A DNA stretch of 60,930 nt, filler included. It is 5 parts of 5 records of this genome, joined end to end, with 100 filler letters (N's around TTAATTAATTAA, not from the genome) between each part and the next. Parts side by side here need not be neighbours in the genome. Positions count along the whole stretch, not along the records: positions 16,111 to 41,901 come from SRR31156797_7646; positions 42,002 to 47,723 come from SRR31156797_7647; positions 47,824 to 55,093 come from SRR31156797_7648; 2 more parts are not named here. The stretch is one strand, 5' to 3'. This document shows, one piece after another, positions 39,650-50,018 of this stretch. Both the position numbers and the translations under genes were made by a program. Every line of letters begins with the position of its first letter. The first letter of the stretch is position 1. The notes under the pieces were generated by a model. The model worked only from the letters and a program-made list of their open reading frames with translations. It was not told the DNA's origin and searched no databases.

Positions 39650-39677
39650 CGACATTTGTGTCGCGACACTTATGTCT
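39650..39677. promoter_or_regulatory. Tandem CGACA-N4-TGTC sites upstream of the activator (autoregulation candidate)
   Basis: CGACATTTGTGTCG immediately followed by CGACACTTATGTCT. Confidence 0.7.
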
Positions 39678-39775
39678 CAATTAAATTTAGTGCAAGCAAA
39701 AAAGTATACAGTTATGTGCGTAATAGACCCCCTAAAAAAAACGGCTGGCCCAGTTCATGAGCCAGCCGCTTATAT

Positions 39776-40051
39776 CTATTGCGCTTTGTGAAGTTTATCC
39801 AACCCGTATTCAGAAATACGGTAGACGGACACAAGCTCCCCTTTGTCATCCACATAAGAACCTTCCTCGTGAAGGATTCCAACGGCCTTAAGGGACTTAA
39901 GGTGTTCTGAAATAGTTGAGACAGAGCAATATTTCTCGCCGGGATAATAGGCGCAGACAAGCTCATGAATCCCCTTAACATCAAGGGGTTCGCCGTTACC
40001 AAAGATTTCCGCAATATAAAGCTTGAGCGGCTTCTGGATTTGCATATTCAT
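39776..40051 (-). CDS. Small winged-helix-like protein
   Basis: AAGGAG RBS; helix-rich start, then HLKSLKAVGIL...YRISEYG wing pattern. Confidence 0.65.
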   Translation of the reverse strand: MNMQIQKPLKLYIAEIFGNGEPLDVKGIHELVCAYYPGEKYCSVSTISEHLKSLKAVGILHEEGSYVDDKGELVSVYRISEYGLDKLHKAQ

Positions 40052-40062
40052 ATCTTGTCTCC

Positions 40063-41067
40063 TTAATCCACGTTACGAAGGTTAACCATGTCTTTGGGAT
40101 TCCCTACGACCATGACCATACCAATGGTGATGATTGCTGCACCGATAAGCAGGGAAGCTGTAATTTCGATTTCGGTAAAAATCGCACTGAAAAAGATGCC
40201 CCACAGGGAGTAGGTAATATTAATAGCCATGGCACGGCTAACACCGGTCATGTTCATGGCCCGGTACCAGCAGAGGTAGGAAAGTGCTCCGGCAAATGCA
40301 GCAACAGGGAAAACCCAGGAAATTTCACTGGTCAGTGCGGGGACGATGAGATCCCAACCGCCTGCAAGAGGAAGAACAACTGTCAGGAAGACTGTTGTGG
40401 AAGTAAGCTGGCGAACGTTGAGGGCAACAGCAGGATCAAGGAAGTCCATGCTGGAGGTAGCCAGCACGCCTTCAACCCCCCAACCGAAAGTAGCTACAAG
40501 GGCGAGCATGATACCGAGGTAGAATTCGGAGCCCACTGCACCTTCGGGCGGGGTGTAGCCGATGACAATACCACCGACAATGCACATGACCAGACCGACC
40601 CAAGCCCTTTTACAGATACGTTCTTTAAGAAAAATTGAAGCAAAGACGGAAGCTACAGCCGGGTAAAGGGCTGTGATGGGCATCACATAAGCCGCTCCGG
40701 CGAATTTAGCACCCAGAAAATAGCAGGACATGGCTACCGGACCGCCGAAAACAGCGCCGAGCATAACCAGACGTGCAGGCTTACTGCGCAGGGTACGGCC
40801 CAATTCCTTCATCCTGCCGGTAATGACATTGTAAATCAGCAACCAGAAAGCGGAAAAACTGTCGTGAAGGCCGGCTACGGTCAACGGAGCCAACAACCAG
40901 AGACTGTCGTCAGCAAAAGCCGCGATACCGAAGGCCATTGCCAGAACAACACCATCAAACCCCCAGGTGATACCGGAAAGCAGAGCCCAAAAAAGCCCTT
41001 TTTTTGCAAAACCCACGTCCTGTTTCAGCTTCAGACCGTCAAGGGTTGTCGCGCTTGCAGTACTCAT
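40063..41067 (-). CDS. DMT-family transporter (LicB-like)
   Basis: Start MSTASA; GGPVAMSCY, ALYPAVAS..FLKERI, RAMAINITYSLW. Confidence 0.85.
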   Translation of the reverse strand: MSTASATTLDGLKLKQDVGFAKKGLFWALLSGITWGFDGVVLAMAFGIAAFADDSLWLLAPLTVAGLHDSFSAFWLLIYNVITGRMKELGRTLRSKPARLVMLGAVFGGPVAMSCYFLGAKFAGAAYVMPITALYPAVASVFASIFLKERICKRAWVGLVMCIVGGIVIGYTPPEGAVGSEFYLGIMLALVATFGWGVEGVLATSSMDFLDPAVALNVRQLTSTTVFLTVVLPLAGGWDLIVPALTSEISWVFPVAAFAGALSYLCWYRAMNMTGVSRAMAINITYSLWGIFFSAIFTEIEITASLLIGAAIITIGMVMVVGNPKDMVNLRNVD

Positions 41068-41132
41068 GTGTTCATCCCCCATTCCCGCGAAGCCACACCC
41101 CCGGCCCACGGCAGTTGTATAAATAGTACAAA

Positions 41133-41154
41133 AGGGCCGGAGTACTCCGGCCCT
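41133..41154 (-). terminator. Palindromic hairpin / terminator
   Basis: AGGGCCGGAGTACTCCGGCCCT followed by a T-run on the minus strand. Confidence 0.6.
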
Positions 41155-41220
41155 GAATATATTCAATAAAATCAAACAGGCGACCTAGAAAGTGCCAAAT
41201 AACACTTTCCGGCTGACTGG

Positions 41221-41802
41221 CTATGCGCAGTCGTGCTTGTCCCAAGGCTCGCGGTTGTCACGCTGCAGAGCAACTTCCATACGTGCGAGAGCTTCTTTAA
41301 GTTTGGTAACTTCTTTGATCTTCATGTTGGGATCTTTGAGAACCTGGTAGAGAACGGAACCGGTGCAGTCTGCGGGAACGAGCAGGTCAGCAACGTAGCA
41401 GATGGTTGCGATGATATCAGCAGCAGTAGCGGAACGCTCAACTTTGCCTGCTTTCTTGTTGATGCCGAGGCCAGCGAAGTAGAGACCTTCGTTGCAAGCA
41501 AGAGCAATCAGGGTGCGGCGATCAGCAGCTTCAGAGATCTGTGCAACAGCAGCTTCAAGAACAGCACCGTCAACATCACCGAGTTCAACAACAGCGAAAG
41601 CGCCGTCTTCTTCGAAAACCTTGGCAATGCCTTCGGGTGCAACAGCAGCTGCGCCTTCGATTTTGGAAGCTGCAGCAGCAACGTCTGCATTATCAAAAGA
41701 AGCTACGGAAGCAGTCTTTTTCATAAATTTTTTGAGAGCTGCGCCGTCTGCGTCAACTGCTGCGGAACCACAAGCCACGAGGATTACTTTTTTATCTGCC
41801 AT
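41221..41802 (-). CDS. Reduced alkaline-phosphatase/phosphodiesterase-fold-like protein
   Basis: AAGGAG RBS; C-terminus FAGLGINK...ADIIATICYVADLLVPADCTGSVLYQ resembles the end of AlkP-superfamily cores; strongly biased codons. Confidence 0.55.
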   Translation of the reverse strand: MADKKVILVACGSAAVDADGAALKKFMKKTASVASFDNADVAAAASKIEGAAAVAPEGIAKVFEEDGAFAVVELGDVDGAVLEAAVAQISEAADRRTLIALACNEGLYFAGLGINKKAGKVERSATAADIIATICYVADLLVPADCTGSVLYQVLKDPNMKIKEVTKLKEALARMEVALQRDNREPWDKHDCA

Positions 41803-41827
41803 TTTATTTTCTCCTTAAATTAAGTGG

Positions 41828-41901
41828 GATTTGATTCGCTTCGCGCTTTTGACGAATTGATTTCGCCTCCAGCGGCCAAAGGAGCTAAGCCCCTTTGGAA
41901 T
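41828..41901. repeat. REP-like intergenic element cut by the contig end
   Basis: Contains the CCAAAGG/CCTTTGG hairpin; the last 17 nt equal the contig start. Confidence 0.6.
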
Positions 41902-42001
41902 NNNNNNNNNNNNNNNNNNNNNNNNNNNNNNNNNNNNNNNNNNNNTTAATTAATTAANNNNNNNNNNNNNNNNNNNNNNNNNNNNNNNNNNNNNNNNNNN
42001 N
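41902..42001. other. Artificial contig spacer
   Basis: N-run with TTAATTAATTAA. Confidence 0.99.
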
Positions 42002-42031
42002 ATGCCCACATCCCTTCGGGATATAAACCAA

Positions 42032-44098
42032 TCATGACAAATTCACGCTGATCCGCGATGACCCCAAAATCCTTTCCAACGCCTTTTTCAGATCCTCTTC
42101 CCGGTAAGGCTTGGGGATGGTCCCCTGAAAACCGTATGTCCCAAAATTAGCGATCACCGGATCATTAGAATAGCCGCTGGATACAATAGCCTTGACATGG
42201 GGATCGATTTTCAGCAATTCCCGAATGGTTTGCTCTCCGCCCATGCCATCCTTGATGGTTAGATCCAGTATAACCACATCAAAAGGTTTGCTCGAATCTT
42301 TTTGCTTCCGGTATGCATCAATGGCCTCAACCCCATTCTTGACAGTCGCTGCGGCATAACCGAGCCGTTTCAACATCTGTCGGGACAGTTTCCTTAACAT
42401 CTCCTCGTCGTCCATCACCAATACGTGCCGGATCGATGATGGGGCATCCGGATCACCACCCTCTGCGCTTTGCCCTTCGCTCTCTGCGGATTCGGCCGGA
42501 AGATAAACGGATACAGCAGTCCCCGTGCCGGGAGATGAGTCAATGACAATGTGCCCCCCATGCTTTTGAACAATGACATAGGCCGTGGCCAGCCCCAGCC
42601 CCACCCCTTCTTGCACCCCCATGGCCTTTGTGGAAAAATAGGGGTCGAATATTTTCTCCAGGTGTTCTTCAGGAATGCCCACCCCCTGATCCTGAATGGA
42701 TATGTGTACATAATCGCCTGGTTCCAGAGGGAGGCCGGGATCCCGTTTTTTTTCCTCAAACCGCAGATTCTCTGCCTTGATGGACAGGATCCCTCCATCA
42801 GGCATGGCCTCCACCGCGTTATTGACCACATTTCTGAAAACAGCCATCATTTCATGGGGATCATAAAACACAGGCCAGAGATCCTTCGAAACAGACACAT
42901 TGTGGGAAATTTCACTGTCGACGGGAATGGCGTCCGGGACACTGCGCAGCAATCCTTTTAACGAATTCACTGCCTTCACCGGCGCTCCGCCTTTGGAAAT
43001 AGCCATCAGTTCATGGGTTAGGTCCCTGATCTTTAAGGAAGCGCTGTTGGCTTCATTCAGAAAACCCGCCTGATCCGATCCGGGTTCCGCCTGTTCTATG
43101 GCCATGAACAGGTTGCCGATGATGACAGATATAAAGTTATTGTAGTCATGGGCGATACCGCCGGTGAGCGTAGCGATGGCCTCCATTTTCCGGGCCTGGC
43201 GGAGTCGGGCTTGAAGTCTCTGACTTCCCTCATGGGCGCGTTTACGTTCAGTGATGTCTAAATGGGTTGAGATACTGTAAATGGGAGTTCCGTTTTGGTC
43301 AAAAACGGTATCAACATTTAACAGCACATCAATGATATTGCGCTGCTTGGTGATGACCTTTAACTCCTCGTTTTTGATTCGTTTTCCCTTTTTCCACTTT
43401 TCAAAAATCCGTTTTGCTTCTTTTTGAGACTCCGGTGCATACAAGGTTGTAATGGCAGGCTCTCCCTGTAATTCCGCTTTACTGTCATATCCGAGTGTTT
43501 TGACAGCGACGGTATTACAATCCACTATTCTTCCATCAAATGAAACATTGTATGCCATGAGCGGGATATTTTCAAAATACCTTTCGAACTTCAGTCTCTC
43601 GGCCAATAGCATCTCATCCGCCCGCTTGCGCTCGGTAACATCCATGAGGTTCCCCACAACCTTATGGACTTGTCCGTTTTTTAAAACAGGATTCCCGATG
43701 GTGCGCACCCAGAGATGTTCGCCCTTTGCCGAAATGAATGGTAATTCCAAATCGTACGATTCACCTTTATCTATTGCAGCTTGAAAGGCCCGATCAATTT
43801 TTTCTCTATCCTCAGGTGCGTAAAATGAAATGTCTTGATTAAGGTTATTCGGATCGTGGCCATCTCTGCCCACGCCATAAATGCGATACATTTCATCCGT
43901 CCATTTTGTTTTTTTTTCTCCAACATGGTATTCCCAACCACCCACTTTGGTCAGCCTTTGTGTTTCGTTCAGCATCCGCTCGCTTTCCCTCAACGCCTTT
44001 TCAACCTGCGTCAGTTTAACAACCTCTTTTTGAAGTTCCGATACCTTTTGTTCCAACGCTCCATGGATCGGTTTCGTGGCCATCAGAAGATCCTCCAA
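42032..44098 (-). CDS. Hybrid sensor kinase (PAS-PAS-HisKA-HATPase-REC)
   Basis: GGIAHDYNN H-box; DQGVGI, FDPYFSTK, GLGL; receiver VLVMDDEE..ILDLTI..IPKPY. Start at 44098 or 44083. Confidence 0.93.
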   Translation of the reverse strand: MEDLLMATKPIHGALEQKVSELQKEVVKLTQVEKALRESERMLNETQRLTKVGGWEYHVGEKKTKWTDEMYRIYGVGRDGHDPNNLNQDISFYAPEDREKIDRAFQAAIDKGESYDLELPFISAKGEHLWVRTIGNPVLKNGQVHKVVGNLMDVTERKRADEMLLAERLKFERYFENIPLMAYNVSFDGRIVDCNTVAVKTLGYDSKAELQGEPAITTLYAPESQKEAKRIFEKWKKGKRIKNEELKVITKQRNIIDVLLNVDTVFDQNGTPIYSISTHLDITERKRAHEGSQRLQARLRQARKMEAIATLTGGIAHDYNNFISVIIGNLFMAIEQAEPGSDQAGFLNEANSASLKIRDLTHELMAISKGGAPVKAVNSLKGLLRSVPDAIPVDSEISHNVSVSKDLWPVFYDPHEMMAVFRNVVNNAVEAMPDGGILSIKAENLRFEEKKRDPGLPLEPGDYVHISIQDQGVGIPEEHLEKIFDPYFSTKAMGVQEGVGLGLATAYVIVQKHGGHIVIDSSPGTGTAVSVYLPAESAESEGQSAEGGDPDAPSSIRHVLVMDDEEMLRKLSRQMLKRLGYAAATVKNGVEAIDAYRKQKDSSKPFDVVILDLTIKDGMGGEQTIRELLKIDPHVKAIVSSGYSNDPVIANFGTYGFQGTIPKPYREEDLKKALERILGSSRISVNLS

Positions 44099-44294
44099 AG
44101 AACCTCACGTGAGACTGATCATAGAATCCGAAAAGGTAAACAATTAATATGATTTAAGCGGTTTAGGGGTTGTATATGGTAGTGATTATTATTATGGTGT
44201 ATGTCAAGGTTTTTTTGTAAATTGAGGACATTGATTAGGTATGAAATCGCTTGGAATCAAAGACCGGGTTTTTTTCAGATGTATCCTTAGGACC

Positions 44295-45614
44295 TTAGGG
44301 TTGCCCCCCGCTTCCGCCATCTTCCGTGGCCGGCAGATATATGCGGACAGAGGTTCCCACATCCAACTTTGATTCAATACAAATGAGCCCGCCATGATTT
44401 GTAACAATCCCATAGGCTGCGGACATCCCCAACCCACGACCCACAAAGTGGGTTGTAAAAAACGGATCATACACCTTCTCCAGGGTTTTTGAATCCATAC
44501 CTTTTCCGTTGTCCTCAACGTGAAGGCATACATAGGGCCCTGGTTCGTGATTGGGATGTTCACGCTTTAAAGCCCCATTCAACATCTCGTTTTCACATGA
44601 AATTTGAATGAAGCCATCCTTTCCGACAGCTTCAACGGCATTTTCAATAACCGCGGAAACCACCATGCTGAGCTGGTTCGGATCCACGGTGACCCTTGGC
44701 ACATCCGGGGCCGGATTGAACTCCATTTGGACGGAACCGGGGATATTCCGGCGCATGGACAATACAATGGATCTCACAAAATCGCTCATGACAAGAGGTC
44801 TGGAATGGTATCTTCCCCTGAGACCGCAGGCTAGAAGCTGGGAGGTTAGATTCGCCATGCGGTCCGCGGCCCGTTTCATGGGTTTGACGCAATGCATGAT
44901 CTTTTCATTGTTGGAAAAATCCATTTCCAGGAGCCCGGTGTGAGCGGTGATGGATGACAGGGCATTGTTGAAATGATGGGCGATACCACCCGTCAGGGTG
45001 GCAATGGCTTCCATCTTCCGCATTTTCCGTGTCTGCTCTTCAAGCCGCTTTCGATCGCTGATATCGTGAATGGTGGCCAGAATGGCATCTTCCCCCCCAA
45101 TTGAAATCCGGCTTGAATAGACCTCCACATCTATGATGGATCCATCACGACGGACATCTCTCAGTTCGTAGACGGCTTCGAGATTTTTCGGCCATCTCTT
45201 TCGCCGGTCCTCAAGTATCTTTCGGTCCTCTTCATGGATAAATTGGAGAACGTCGCTTCCCAAAACTTCCTTTTCATCATCAAAGCCATGCAATTCCAGC
45301 CATTTCCCATTAACTTCAACAATCTTGCCGTTTTTTGCCAGGCTCATGGCCTCTCTAGACTCTCGAAACAGGGTCCGATAACGTATTTCACTCTGCCGAA
45401 ACGCTTCCTCTGCACCTTTAAGATCCTTGTGCATCCGCATCAGCTTTTTATTTTGCGCCTCCAGTTCAACCTGGTAAATCTGAAGATCCTCAAGAAGGTT
45501 TCGAATGTCGGTGGCGGACATCTTTTTGAGGGAGGAAGCGCTCTTCGTAAGCATTTCTTCCGTCTGCCGCCGAAGCTTTAAAGCACTTTTCATGCCTGTG
45601 CCACTCCGTTTCAT
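44295..45614 (-). CDS. PAS sensor histidine kinase (no receiver)
   Basis: GGIAHHFNN; DNGKGM, DPFFTT, GRGLGM. Start reassigned to ATG 45614 (G-rich RBS) because the longer ORF overlaps the riboswitch. Confidence 0.9.
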   Translation of the reverse strand: MKRSGTGMKSALKLRRQTEEMLTKSASSLKKMSATDIRNLLEDLQIYQVELEAQNKKLMRMHKDLKGAEEAFRQSEIRYRTLFRESREAMSLAKNGKIVEVNGKWLELHGFDDEKEVLGSDVLQFIHEEDRKILEDRRKRWPKNLEAVYELRDVRRDGSIIDVEVYSSRISIGGEDAILATIHDISDRKRLEEQTRKMRKMEAIATLTGGIAHHFNNALSSITAHTGLLEMDFSNNEKIMHCVKPMKRAADRMANLTSQLLACGLRGRYHSRPLVMSDFVRSIVLSMRRNIPGSVQMEFNPAPDVPRVTVDPNQLSMVVSAVIENAVEAVGKDGFIQISCENEMLNGALKREHPNHEPGPYVCLHVEDNGKGMDSKTLEKVYDPFFTTHFVGRGLGMSAAYGIVTNHGGLICIESKLDVGTSVRIYLPATEDGGSGGQP

Positions 45615-45670
45615 GGGGAACCCCCCCTCATGAACTGCGAGGTTTTCAGATTCAGGATGAAATCGCATGT

Positions 45671-45712
45671 AAACAAAAAAAGCCCCCGGGGCATAATCCA
45701 AACAGGGGCCTG
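45671..45712 (-). terminator. Riboswitch expression-platform terminator
   Basis: Minus strand GGCCCCTG...CCGGGGGC followed by TTTTTTTGTTT. Confidence 0.75.
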
Positions 45713-45734
45713 CATCGCTACACAACCACAAGCA

Positions 45735-45820
45735 TTTCGGCAACCTGGCAATCATGACCTGTAAGGTTTTAGACCCACGGCTTTGCGTACCCCCCCCTTT
45801 CGAAGGGTTTGCCTTTTCGT
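45735..45820 (-). ncRNA. Cyclic di-GMP-I (GEMM) riboswitch
   Basis: Minus strand GAAAAGGCAAACCCTTCGAAAGGGGGGGTACGCAAAGCCGTGGGTCTAA...ATGATTGCCAGGTTGCCGAA fits the GEMM consensus. Confidence 0.92.
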
Positions 45821-46048
45821 CAGCATTTCCAAATGAGCTTACGATAGAATGATGGTTGTGTAAAGGAAAAATCAGTAAGGCCTTTTAAGATAAAGGGTTT
45901 GAAAATTCGTTGCACCGGTTCACGCATCAGGAATGCCAATCCATCAAAAAAGTTGACATGCACCCGGAAATGGTTACTTTTAACCTCAAACGGTACGAAA
46001 TGCAACGCGGTGCAACGCGTTAGGCCGCTTTCAAAAGGAATCCACGTC

Positions 46049-47149
46049 ATGAAAAAAATGCCATCTCCGGTAAACCGTGACAACTGTGGAAAGGTCCTCA
46101 GGGAAATACGCCGGAAATTCGGAAGTATGTCCATGGCTGAACTTGCCAAGACACTCGGTGTATCGCGCAGCACGGTCATGAGGATCGAAGCGGGAAAGAC
46201 GCTCCCTTCCGAAGAGCTGTTGAATCGCCTGAAGGCCATTCAACTGATCGGCATATCCAAATTCCAGGCGCTGTCTCAAAAAAACAGCGACCATTTCACC
46301 ACATTCATGGATGGGATCGGAGAAAACGCCGATGATTTTTCAAATAACATGAATACCCATATGGTTAAAGCCCTTACGCCTTCGGGGATCATGGCCGGAT
46401 TGGGAACCATCGCAAGCGCATCCCTGAACATATCCACATCGGTTGTGAGCGCCGTCCCGGTTCTTTCAAGCCTGGCGGGATACGGCCTGGTAAAAGGGTT
46501 AAAGGCCATTGTTGAAGCAAACGATCTCAATTGTACTGAAAAGGATGGCCTCTGGGAAATAACCGGAAAAGATAAACAAAACAGAGTTTCTAAACAGGGG
46601 GGAACAGACATGGATGAAAAAAAAGCAGGTATGGATGGTGATTTTGGTCTTGGCGGTCTTTTTAAGGGTTTGGGGAATTTGATTGAAACGGCCTCAAAGC
46701 TGGCGGAAAAAGGTGAAGAGATCTCCAAATCGGGGGAAATTGATTTCAGCGGTTTAGACAAGATCAAAGGACTCCAGAATTTGAAAGGCGTTTACGGCGT
46801 GAGGGTTCGCACCATGGCCGATGGACGGCCATCGGTCCAACCTTTCGGGAACATCAAAAAGGCCTCCGGGAAAACCCCTAAAGGCCCGGTGGTGGAAGAA
46901 GTGCGCGAGCCCATCATCGATATCTTCGATGAACCGGACGAAATTAGTGTTGTGGCTGAAATGCCCGGCATTGACGAAAAGGATGTTCAGATTGAAATCA
47001 AGGGGGACATTCTGAATATCACAGCTGAAGGAAAAGCCAGGAAATATCAGAAAGAAGTGCTGCTTTCCCGTGAAGCCACGGCCGAAAATATGACCTGGTC
47101 CTATAAAAACGGCATGCTGGAAATAAAGATCCCAACGGGCAACAATTGA
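46049..47149 (+). CDS. XRE-family HTH protein in frame with an Hsp20/GvpH-like domain (second start possible at 46610)
   Basis: LREIRRK..MSMAELAKTLGVSRSTVMRIEAGKTLPS; C-terminal REPIIDIFDE..VAEMPGI..YKNGMLEIKI. Confidence 0.8.
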   Translation: MKKMPSPVNRDNCGKVLREIRRKFGSMSMAELAKTLGVSRSTVMRIEAGKTLPSEELLNRLKAIQLIGISKFQALSQKNSDHFTTFMDGIGENADDFSNNMNTHMVKALTPSGIMAGLGTIASASLNISTSVVSAVPVLSSLAGYGLVKGLKAIVEANDLNCTEKDGLWEITGKDKQNRVSKQGGTDMDEKKAGMDGDFGLGGLFKGLGNLIETASKLAEKGEEISKSGEIDFSGLDKIKGLQNLKGVYGVRVRTMADGRPSVQPFGNIKKASGKTPKGPVVEEVREPIIDIFDEPDEISVVAEMPGIDEKDVQIEIKGDILNITAEGKARKYQKEVLLSREATAENMTWSYKNGMLEIKIPTGNN

Positions 47150-47212
47150 TTCGTAACCGTTTACATCTCTCCCCCGCCCGCACCTGCAGCCCGTCCAAAA
47201 GGAGAGCACACC

Positions 47213-47723
47213 ATGAGAAGCTTGATTTACGTTCCCGTCATTCATGAGGCAGCGGATTTGGGGAGCATTTCCGCTGTCGCCCATGAAAAAGGGCATGATA
47301 TCTTCGGACAAACCCGGTGGGAAACCCACAGGGAAATCGTGAAATCCTTTTGGGAACAAATATCAATCTATTTCCGGGACATTGTCGCGGATGGTCTGGA
47401 AATCTTTCAGGACGGGTTGCCGGTGGGTGGGGAAATTGCCCGCAAAATCATACATGAAGGCGCTGACAGGGGCAGCGAAAATTACCGGATTGTACTGGAC
47501 CTCATCAATCGGGGCGGCATTATAAAAAAAACCGAGGACATCACACTGCTCAAAAAAGAACTTATGAGAACAAAACAACTTTCCCGGCAGGACTCACATG
47601 GGGAAGAAGAAACCGATGTCTTTCAAAACCTGATTTCCGGCGATCAATTAATGGCGGATCGAGACCGTTTTACGGCTCAAAGCATCAATGAAACCCTCGA
47701 GCACCGGGGCGTTCTTTTTATGG
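47213..47723 (+). CDS. Conserved hypothetical protein (3'-truncated), resembling genes seen in gas-vesicle clusters
   Basis: AAGGAG RBS; LIYVPVIH..DLGS, IFQDGLP, GSENY, KTED. The cluster association is from recall. Confidence 0.6.
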
Positions 47724-47823
47724 NNNNNNNNNNNNNNNNNNNNNNNNNNNNNNNNNNNNNNNNNNNNTTAATTAATTAANNNNNNNNNNNNNNNNNNNNN
47801 NNNNNNNNNNNNNNNNNNNNNNN
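47724..47823. other. Artificial contig spacer
   Basis: N-run with TTAATTAATTAA. Confidence 0.99.
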
Positions 47824-49896
47824 ACCAATGGTGTCCTGTCCTTTTAAGCGCACCTTATCTCCCGGTCGTATCTCAATACGTTCTTCCAGCTTTTCTTTGG
47901 CAATTGGTTTTTTAAATTCATCTGGACGGCGTTTATTGCGGTTTTCTTCTCTACGTCGCAGATTTTCCATTTTCTTTGAAATCTGGCCATCGTTTGAAGT
48001 TGATTTTCTATCTACTTCACCTTTCAGGTTATCTAATTTTTGGCGCGCAAGTTTGGTTTTTTCTTTATCGGCCTGGGCTTTTTTTATTTCCTGGATGGTA
48101 TTTTCTATTCTTTTATTTACCCCTTTTAATAAGGTATCGGCTTCCTCCCTGGCTTTTTTCAGAATCTCTTTCCGTTGTTTCTGAATATCCTGTAGTTCGG
48201 TTTCATACGATTCGGCGGTGTCATCCAAAATCTTTTCCACTTTGCGAATCTTCATTCGTTTGGTTTCCCAATAACGTTTATCACGATTAATCTGGCGTAG
48301 GTTGCGGTCGAAATCAATATGATCTTTTCCTACTTTTTCCGTTGCCTGTTCCAGAATATCTTCGGGTAATCCTATTTTTCGGGCAATTTCAAATGCAAAC
48401 GAGCTTCCTGGTTTTCCAATGTCCAGCTTAAAAAGCGGATTCATGTTTTGAGCGTCGTAAAGCATGGCTCCGTTGGAAATCCCTTCGGCCGACGATGCAA
48501 AATGTTTGAGGTTGGTATAGTGGGTGGTAATAACACCAAAGGTACGAAGTTGTGTAAGCTTATTCAGAATAGACTCGGCAATGGCTCCTCCCAGCATTGG
48601 TTCTGTTCCTGTACCGAATTCGTCGATAAGTATCAGCGTATTTTCGTTGCAGTTGCGTACAAAATGTTTCATGTTCATTAGGTGCGAACTGTATGTGCTC
48701 AGGTCATTTTCAAGTGATTGTTCATCGCCGATATCAATAAATAATTGGTTGAAAATGCCTGTTCTGCTGGCTTCGTTTACCGGGATTAGCAGACCACACT
48801 GTAGCATGTATTGTATTAAACCGGTTGTTTTCAAACAAACTGATTTTCCCCCGGCATTTGGCCCGGAAATGAGCAGAATGTGTTTTTCGTCGGTGAGTTT
48901 TATGTCGAGCGGAACAATTTTTCGGTTTTCTTTTTGTAAAGATTTTAGTAGTAACGGATGGATGGCCTGGTACCATTCGATTATTGGTTCATCGCCAAAT
49001 TCAGGTTTTATTGCATCGAACTCCACAGCCAGCAAAGCCTTCGAGCGGATAAAATCGATTTCGCCCAAAAAATTATATGAATACGAAAGTTCCTCCAGGT
49101 AAGGACGGATATCATTGGCAAACCCGGTTAATATTTTAATAACCTCTCGTCTTTCTGCATATTCCAGTTCTCGTATCTCATTATTTAGTTCAACAATCTC
49201 GTTTGGTTCAACATACGATGTTTTTCCGGTCGCCGATTCGTCGTAAACAATACCTTTTAGTTTGCGCTTATTGGCTGCTGCAATTGGGATTACTGCTCGT
49301 CCATCGCGAATTGATACCGATACATCTTCTTCTACCCAACCATCTTTTTGCGCTTGTTTAAGAATGGAATGTAAACGTTTCGACATGCTCGATTGCATGT
49401 TTAAAATGCTTTTTCGAATTTGTGCGAGTTCGGGTGAAGCATTATCACGAATTTTTCCAAACTTGTTGATGATGTTATCAATACGATCGTAGATATATGG
49501 GAAAACCTGGACTTGCGACGTTTTCTGTTTCAGAATAGGAAAAAACTCTTCTTCTTGTTTACTAAAGAAATTAACGATCGCACGTACCGATTCAAGCGAA
49601 CGTTTTAAATCAAACAATTCAGCAGGTTCCAAAAAGCGACCTTCCAAACGAATTTTTTGCAAAGCTTCGCGTAAATCGAAAAAATGTGTTGCAGGAAAAT
49701 TATCGAATTCGCGGATGATCCGACAAAATTCATCCACTTCATTCAGCTGTTGCAACAGGCTTTCGAAAGAGGTCTGAAAATGCATTTCTTCCACCCATTC
49801 GTTTCCCATTGTGCTGATACATTTGTTGTTCAGCATTTCGCGAATTCGGTCAAAACCAATTTTTGCCTCAAAGTTGTTTGGATAAATGTTTTGCAT
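47824..49896 (-). CDS. mutS2: MutS2 endonuclease (3'-truncated; Smr domain off-contig)
   Basis: ISGPNAGGKSV, IGDEQS..LSTYSSH, DEFGTGTEP, TTHY, GKPGSSFA; coiled coil; KOW start. Confidence 0.95.
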
Positions 49897-50018
49897 AGCT
49901 TTCCCTCAAATTGATTGCAAAAATAATAAAGATGTTTGAAGTTGAAGATTTATACAAAAAAGATCGTTTCAAACCAAAGTTATAGTTTAATGAATTTTCG
50001 CAAGTAGCCTCTTATTCT

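Noticed and set aside
45615-45755. N-terminal extension of the 44295 kinase
   Set aside because: It overlaps the riboswitch and terminator; ATG 45614 has an RBS.
47213-49896. ORF-track ends at 47779 and 47776
   Set aside because: Both ORFs run into the spacer; the genes are truncated and the stops are artificial.
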